Shown piece by piece: positions 58,437 to 64,000 of a DNA stretch of 64,000 bases (position 1 is its first letter; every line of letters begins with the position of its first letter). The notes beneath the pieces are model-generated. The model had not been told where the DNA came from. It saw nothing but the letters and a program-made list of their open reading frames with translations, and searched no databases. The position numbers and the translations under genes were made by a program. The stretch comes from Candidatus Latescibacterota bacterium (lineage in GTDB: Bacteria > Latescibacterota > UBA2968 > UBA8231), in contig OZ241362.1 in NCBI GenBank assembly GCA_965200315.1, forward strand, positions 2,624,001 to 2,688,000. The letters are read 5' to 3'.

Positions 58437-58564
58437 GCTCGCTCCTCCGCTGCGTTTTCATTTGCGCTTAGATTATATGGTCAAAGCTACTCAGTGCCTA
58501 TTGCAGGCCCCTGTCCGTATTACCAATATACATTGACGTTTGCCCTCTAACCGCGAGGCATGCC

Positions 58565-59412
58565 ATGAGCGCTACCTATAATTACGAAGTCGTCGAACGC
58601 TGGGGTCTAGGCCCCCAAGGCCGTCCCATGGGCGGTGTCGTGCCCGGAGTGGCTGCCGACAGCGAGGGTCGAGTCTTTGTGGGCCGCCGGCACCCACCCG
58701 CCCTGTTGGTTTACGACCGCGATGGGGTCTATATCGACACGTGGGGTGCCGATCTGCTAGGGAACCCCATCTCCTGTGGGTTGACGACGAGGACCAAGTG
58801 TACGCGGCCGACACCGACGACCACACCATCCGCTGCTTCAATCCGCAGGGGGAAGTCGTCCACACGTGGGGTACGCCGGGCGTGCCGGGTGCGCCCGATC
58901 AGCCCTTTAACCAGCCCACCAAAGCCATGCGCGGCCCGTCCGGGGATTTGTACGTGGCCGACGGGTACGGCCAACACCGCATCCACCGGATTGCGGACTC
59001 GGGAGAATTGGTCCATTCGTGGGGGTCTGCGGGTACGGGTCCTAGTCAATTCGCCTTGCCCCACAGTTTGTGGGTTGACCGCGACGAGCGCGTCTGGGCC
59101 GTTGACCGCGAAAACAATCGCATCCAGCGCTTTGACTCCGAGGGCCGCTACTTGGACGAGTGGACCGACTTGGTGATGCCCATGGACCTCTTCATCACCC
59201 CGGACAACACAGTGTACATAGTCGAGGCTCCGTCGCGCGTCAGCATCTTCGACATAGAGGGGCAGTTGCTGGCCCGCTGGGGCGAGGACGGCTCGGCTTT
59301 AGGGCAATTCGCCGACTCTCCGCACAGCGTTTGGGTAGATGAGGAAGGCTCGCTGTACATCGGCGAAGTAGCCACCCTGCACGATAGGGTGCAGAAGTTC
59401 CGCCGCGTTTAG
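58565..59412 (+). pseudogene. NHL-repeat (peptidylglycine amidating lyase-like) protein with a -1 frameshift (or sequencing error)
   Basis: Frames join at C-run 58765-58768 (GNP-HLLWVD); FNQPT, YVADGYGQHR, QFALPH, VDRENNRIQ. Confidence 0.75.
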
Positions 59413-59493
59413 AGGCCGCGCTTGAGGCTGGACAAAACCATAACTTTCATCAGCAATCCGCCACAATCCGTTAATTTCAATCGGGAAGATGAT

Positions 59494-60435
59494 ATGGAAA
59501 TTGTGAGGTATCCAGATAGCCGCATTGAGGTGCTTGACGAGCGCTTCGCCCAGTACAAGCTGGCCAATGCCGCCCTCGAAATGCTCTGGACTGGTGGGCG
59601 CTGGCTCGAAGGGCCCGTGTGGTTTGGCGACGGCCGCTATCTACTGTTCAGCGATATACCCAACAACCGCATTCTCAAGTGGGAAGAAGAGACCGGGAAT
59701 GTCTCGGGCTTCCGCAAGCCATCGAACAACACCAACGGCAACACGCGCGATCTCCAAGGGCGATTGCTGTCGTGCGAACACGACGCGCGCCGAGTCACGC
59801 GGACGGAATACGATGGTTCAATCACTGTGTTGATGGATCAGTTCGAGGACAAGCCGTTGAACGCCCCCAACGACATCGTGGTGAAATCGGATGGATCGAT
59901 CTGGTTTACGGACCCTGGGTACGGCATTCTAATGGACTACGAGGGGCATCGGGACGACTTTGAGAATGCTGCTAACGTGTACCGTCTCGACCCGGACTCG
60001 GGAGAAGCAACGGTGGTGACCGGAGATTTCCAGCGGCCCAACGGCCTCTGCTTTAGCCCGGATGAGTCGCTGCTCTACATAGTCGATACCGGGCGCTCCG
60101 ACGGCCCCGAATACCCCACCCACATCCGCGTTTTCGACGTCCACGGCGACCGCATTACAAATGGGCGCGTATTCGCGGACATGGTGCCTGGCTCGTCGGA
60201 CGGAGTTCGCACCGATGTGGATGGCAACCTGTGGTCGGGGGCCTGCTGGGGGGGCGAGCGCTACGATGGCGTACATTGTTTTGCTCCCGACGGCACATTG
60301 ATCGGCCAGATCCACCTGCCAGCGCCCTGCGCCAACCTCTGCTTCGGCGGCGCGAAAAAGAACCGACTGTTCATAACCTGTTCGCAGTCGCTGTTCTCGG
60401 TGTACGTCGAGACGAACGGGGCTCAGAAACCTTAG
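59494..60435 (+). CDS. SMP-30/gluconolactonase family protein
   Basis: WLEGPVW, FSDIPN, NGNTRD, NAPND, FTDP, PNGL, SDG; probable ATG 59494. Confidence 0.9.
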   Translation: MEIVRYPDSRIEVLDERFAQYKLANAALEMLWTGGRWLEGPVWFGDGRYLLFSDIPNNRILKWEEETGNVSGFRKPSNNTNGNTRDLQGRLLSCEHDARRVTRTEYDGSITVLMDQFEDKPLNAPNDIVVKSDGSIWFTDPGYGILMDYEGHRDDFENAANVYRLDPDSGEATVVTGDFQRPNGLCFSPDESLLYIVDTGRSDGPEYPTHIRVFDVHGDRITNGRVFADMVPGSSDGVRTDVDGNLWSGACWGGERYDGVHCFAPDGTLIGQIHLPAPCANLCFGGAKKNRLFITCSQSLFSVYVETNGAQKP

Positions 60436-60522
60436 GGGCTTACACCCGAACTCGCCGGTAGCGAAGTTGACCAAAGTTCAAACGCCCGTTTATACTTTTG
60501 TCCTTCCTAGATGGAGGATGAA

Positions 60523-61511
60523 ATGCACGGAGTCGGAATCATCGGTGCTGGCAGCGTATCCACGGGGCATCTGCGAGCGGTGATGGCCCTTGAATCTACG
60601 CACTTGCAGGCGGTCGCCGATACGGACGCGGAACGCCTAGCTCGCGTCTGCGCGGAGCACGGCTGCGAGGGCTACTCCTCCTATGAGGACCTGCTCGCGG
60701 ACGAGCAGGTTGACCTCGTCATCGTCTGCCTGCCTCACGGCCTGCACTGCGAGGTAACTGTAGCCGCGTTGGAGGCTGGCAAACACGTGCTGGTAGAAAA
60801 ACCCATGGCTGTCGACGTGGAGCAGTGCGACGCCATGATCGCGGCCGCGCAGCGGACTGGCAACCAACTCTCCGTCGGCCACATGCACCGCTTCTCGCCG
60901 GCGAACCGAGCCGTAAAGAAGCTGCTGAGCGAGCAGGCCGTGGGCGATCTGGTTTGTCTCTGCGACGAGGCCTACCGCCCCTTCAACCCGAACAGACCAG
61001 CTTGGTACCTCGACAAGGCAACGCACGGGGGCTTGTGGTATCAGAACGGCATCCACCTGATCGATCGCTCCTGCTGGTGGACGGGCCGTCGCGTCGTCGC
61101 CGTCAAGGCCCTGATCGACAGCCGGTTCTTCAAATTCTCAGCAGACGACGTGGCCATGGCGCTTTTGCAGTTTGAAAACGGCGTGTACTCGACGCTGATT
61201 CACGTGTGGTGGAGGACGGGGGGACTCGCTTCAGCACAGAGTTCGTCTGCACGGACGGCATGCTCCAACTGAGCAAGGGAATCCAATCGGGTAGGAACGA
61301 TCTCTTCATCGGCCGGGATGGAGGCTGGGAACAGGTCGAGGTGCCCGAGGACCACGACACCACGGCGCGGCAATTGGGTGCGTTCGTCGCGGCGATTGAC
61401 GCGGGAACCGAGCCACCGGTGACGGCTGAATACGCCCGCCATCTGGTGGCGGTGCTGACGGCGTGTATGGAATCCTCCCGCCTCGGCAGAGAAGTGGTGC
61501 TTGAAGCATGA
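60523..61511 (+). pseudogene. Gfo/Idh/MocA oxidoreductase with a -1 frameshift (or sequencing error)
   Basis: GIIGAG, GKHVLVEKPM, GIHLID; frames join at G6 run 61218-61223. Confidence 0.75.
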
Positions 61512-61745
61512 ACGATACTGATCTGTGCTATCTCTCCGGCGTCGAACTGCGCCGCCTGTACGAACGCCGCGAGCTGTCCCCGGTGGAAGTCACTGAGGTT
61601 GTGCTGCGCCGAATCGAATCGCTCGACTCACGGCTCAATGCCTTCGTCACAGTCACACCGGAGCGGGCCTTGGCCGAAGCGCACTCCGCCGAAGCTGCCT
61701 TTGCCGGTGCTGAGGCTCCGCCTCCCCTAGCCGGCATCCCCGCTG
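61508..61745 (+). pseudogene. Amidase (GatA-like) N-terminal fragment
   Basis: LSPVEVTEVVLRRIE...LNAFVTV..ERAL...PLAGIP, then unrelated sequence before the catalytic KD. Confidence 0.8.
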
Positions 61746-61795
61746 TTGGTTTTTGCCTGTTTGGGTGTGGAGTTGACGTTGAAGAATGTTGCTAG

Positions 61796-63070
61796 ATGTG
61801 TTTGCGGACCCAAGCGAGTGCCGCCGCAAAAGTGGGTTTTGTTTTGCTATACCAAGCCATTTGTCGGACGCTACAGGCTGTTTTTTTGCTAAGGGTATCT
61901 CGCAATTTGGCGTTTTTCGGTCGGGCGGTAGCCCATTTTTTCGCGTTTTTCTTTTTCTCTATAGGCTGCGATCCTCCGCCCCCACAACCCCAAGCGGACG
62001 CTGCGTATCACGTCTATCCAGGCGACAGCATCCAAGCGGCCCTCGAAGCGGCAGCCCGCGACTCAATCCACAAGACCGTTAAGGTCCACGCGGGGACCTA
62101 TCGGCCGCAGCAGGCCGGCCAAGCAATGCTCTTCTTCGCGGCCCGCCACGATGGCATCGTGCTCGAAGCAGTGGGGCGCGTGGTCCTGACTGCCGCTCAC
62201 CCCGAACAAGCCGACCCCGACGCGGCAAGTTACCCGGCCATCGTCAACCACGTGGTCTTTTTCGGCGATGGCATCTCCCAGCGCACCGTCCTGCGCGGTT
62301 TCACCATCACCGGTGCCAACAACTTTGCCAGCCGCAGCGAAGGCCCCGAGCCCATTCAGCCGGACTCCACCAACGGCGTACGCTGGGAAAAGGGGCTGTT
62401 CTTTTATGCCGACGGCGGCGGCATCAAGGTATTTGGCCGTTCCTATCCAACCCTCGAAGGGTTAGAACTCCACGACAACTACGCCAGCCCCTGCGGCGGC
62501 GGCATCTCCATCGAGCATCGGGGATTCGACGCCGAGGCCGTGCTGATCAAAAACTCCGTCTTCCGCAACAATAGCTGCCAAATCACCGGCGCGGCCGTCG
62601 ATGTGCTGCCCGGCAGCGCGGCCGTGCTCGACAACTGCCTCTTCGTCGGCAATGTCGCCAATCTCGGCCCCGACTACGTGGGCCGCCGCGGCGGCGGCGA
62701 ATACAACAAGGCACACGGCTCGGGTGCGTTGACGGTCTTTCCTGGCGCGCGCGTCGAAGTGCACAACTGCACCTTCACGGACAACTGGAACGGCAGCGAC
62801 GACAAGGGTCGCGGCAGCGTGTACAGCAATACCATCTTCTGGATGAACGTGCGCGGCGGCGGCAGCGCCCCCGGCAGCCGCTACGAGGTCGACCTGCTCG
62901 ACAGCCGCCACTTCAGCGGCTGCTTCGTCCGCGGCCAAATAGACGACCTGCGCGGCACCTTGGACCCGAAGCGCAATGTACTCCAAGCACCGGACCCGCA
63001 ATTCGACGAGCACTACCGACCTCAATCCTCTGCCTACGCCGGAGTGGGCTACCGGCCGCCGGAGAAATAA
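61796..63070 (+). CDS. Right-handed parallel beta-helix protein, probably exported/lipoprotein (start uncertain)
   Basis: VYPGDSIQAAL, VHAGTY, GFTITG, GGGI repeats, NCLFVGN, NCTFTDN; possible lipobox SIGC. Confidence 0.72.
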   Translation: MCLRTQASAAAKVGFVLLYQAICRTLQAVFLLRVSRNLAFFGRAVAHFFAFFFFSIGCDPPPPQPQADAAYHVYPGDSIQAALEAAARDSIHKTVKVHAGTYRPQQAGQAMLFFAARHDGIVLEAVGRVVLTAAHPEQADPDAASYPAIVNHVVFFGDGISQRTVLRGFTITGANNFASRSEGPEPIQPDSTNGVRWEKGLFFYADGGGIKVFGRSYPTLEGLELHDNYASPCGGGISIEHRGFDAEAVLIKNSVFRNNSCQITGAAVDVLPGSAAVLDNCLFVGNVANLGPDYVGRRGGGEYNKAHGSGALTVFPGARVEVHNCTFTDNWNGSDDKGRGSVYSNTIFWMNVRGGGSAPGSRYEVDLLDSRHFSGCFVRGQIDDLRGTLDPKRNVLQAPDPQFDEHYRPQSSAYAGVGYRPPEK

Positions 63071-63072
63071 AA

Positions 63073-63300
63073 GTGCGCGGAAGCATCCTCAACGGAACCT
63101 CTGACAACAACATTCCCTTCCAAGCTACCTGCAATTTGCTGGAACGGCTGGGGTTTAAGAAGCGCGCCAAAGGGTCGCATCATATATTCACTAAGGACGG
63201 CATTCAGCGCCCGATTAATCTCCAGCAAAGAAAAGACGGCACCTGTAAACCCTATCAGGTGCGCTGTAAATTTTTTAATCTCTACGACTTGGGAGAATAG
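63073..63300 (+). CDS. hicA: HicA-family toxin
   Basis: NIPF...LLERLGF...KGSHHIF...INLQ...KPYQV. Confidence 0.8.
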   Translation: MRGSILNGTSDNNIPFQATCNLLERLGFKKRAKGSHHIFTKDGIQRPINLQQRKDGTCKPYQVRCKFFNLYDLGE

Positions 63301-63302
63301 TC

Positions 63303-63518
63303 ATGCACAAATATCCTATGCAGTTATACTGGAGTGAGGACGATGACGCCTTTATCGTCGAGGTGCCCGACTTGCCAAGCTGCGCGGCTGATGGCCCTAC
63401 TCCAGAAGAGGCAGTAAAGGAAGCCCAAGCCGCTATTGACCGTTGGATTTGGGTGGCCCGAGAGGAAGGTTGGAAAATCCCCGCGCACTCGCCCCGTCCA
63501 CTCCAAACGGCTAGCTGA
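63303..63518 (+). CDS. hicB: HicB-family antitoxin
   Basis: YWSEDDDAFIVEVPDLPSCAADGPTPEEA...W..ARE.G..IP. Confidence 0.85.
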   Translation: MHKYPMQLYWSEDDDAFIVEVPDLPSCAADGPTPEEAVKEAQAAIDRWIWVAREEGWKIPAHSPRPLQTAS

Positions 63519-64000
63519 TGGCCAAGCTCCATCGTCGGCTGAAACGGCTCTCTACCCTCGCCATCCTCTCGCTGGCGGCACCACACCACACCGCGGCACA
63601 GGGTGTCGCTGATATCCGCCAACAGCGGCTTGAGCTAGACCGCACGGTCTGGTCCGACGAGCGGCGCGCCCAGCAGTACGAGGCCGTCTTTGTCGCCTTG
63701 TGGGACCGGCTGCGCGCTGCCCAAGAGGCGCGGCCGGTGCTAGCCGCTTTTCCCTTTGAACAACTGCTGCTCGGTGCCCCACAGGATAGCGTCAAGCACG
63801 ACTGGGACATCGTCGAAACGCGCTATGGCGGCCCGCCGCGTACGCTCGACCAAGGGCAGTGGTCGGCCTTGCTCGAACAATGGGAAGATGAGGGATTCGT
63901 TCTCGAACAATCCGAATGGCACCACAAGCAGTTCACCCCAGCCGAGGACGGCCCAGCCCGCTCTTTAATAGAACTGAAACTGCACGTCAAAAACCTCGCT
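63518..64000 (+). CDS. Secreted protein, 5' part (possibly CRTAC1/FG-GAP family)
   Basis: TGATG overlap with hicB; open to window end: MAKLHRRLKRLSTLAILSLAAPHHTAAQ...AQQYEAVFVALWDRLR...QSEWHH; family assignment is from memory only. Confidence 0.6.
   Translation, partial: MAKLHRRLKRLSTLAILSLAAPHHTAAQGVADIRQQRLELDRTVWSDERRAQQYEAVFVALWDRLRAAQEARPVLAAFPFEQLLLGAPQDSVKHDWDIVETRYGGPPRTLDQGQWSALLEQWEDEGFVLEQSEWHHKQFTPAEDGPARSLIELKLHVKNLA

Overview
A GC-rich bacterial chromosomal window with no rRNA, tRNA, CRISPR array or intact transposase/integrase that I can recognise. FlgD-Ig and 'TWGxVK' C-terminal motifs, four PhyH/2OG-Fe(II)-type dioxygenases, NHL/TPR/SMP-30 proteins and many gene remnants suggest a Latescibacterota/Poribacteria-like, possibly sponge-associated organism (inference). 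Main blocks: (1) a yejAABEF peptide ABC operon; (2) a convergent DPPY methyltransferase plus restriction endonuclease pair, the nuclease frameshifted by a 10-bp tandem duplication; (3) a B12-photoreceptor (CarH/LitR-type) locus with a visible TAGACA-repeat operator over a sigma70 promoter, a fasciclin gene and a six-gene desaturase/UfaD/UfaO/UfaM-like lipid-modification operon, all between two paralogous TonB-dependent receptor genes; (4) a hicBA cassette bracketed by a duplicated receptor 3' end; (5) dispersed TA-flanked miniature inverted-repeat elements carrying REP-type hairpin doublets, one inserted in-frame in a lipoprotein signal peptide; (6) sugar/acid catabolism genes; (7) two tracts of deletion-scarred pseudogenes, including a collapsed sigma54 efflux operon; (8) a DUF1538-DUF1538-PII-CBS operon with an SD-sequestering hairpin. 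All calls come from reading motifs by eye; no database searches were run.
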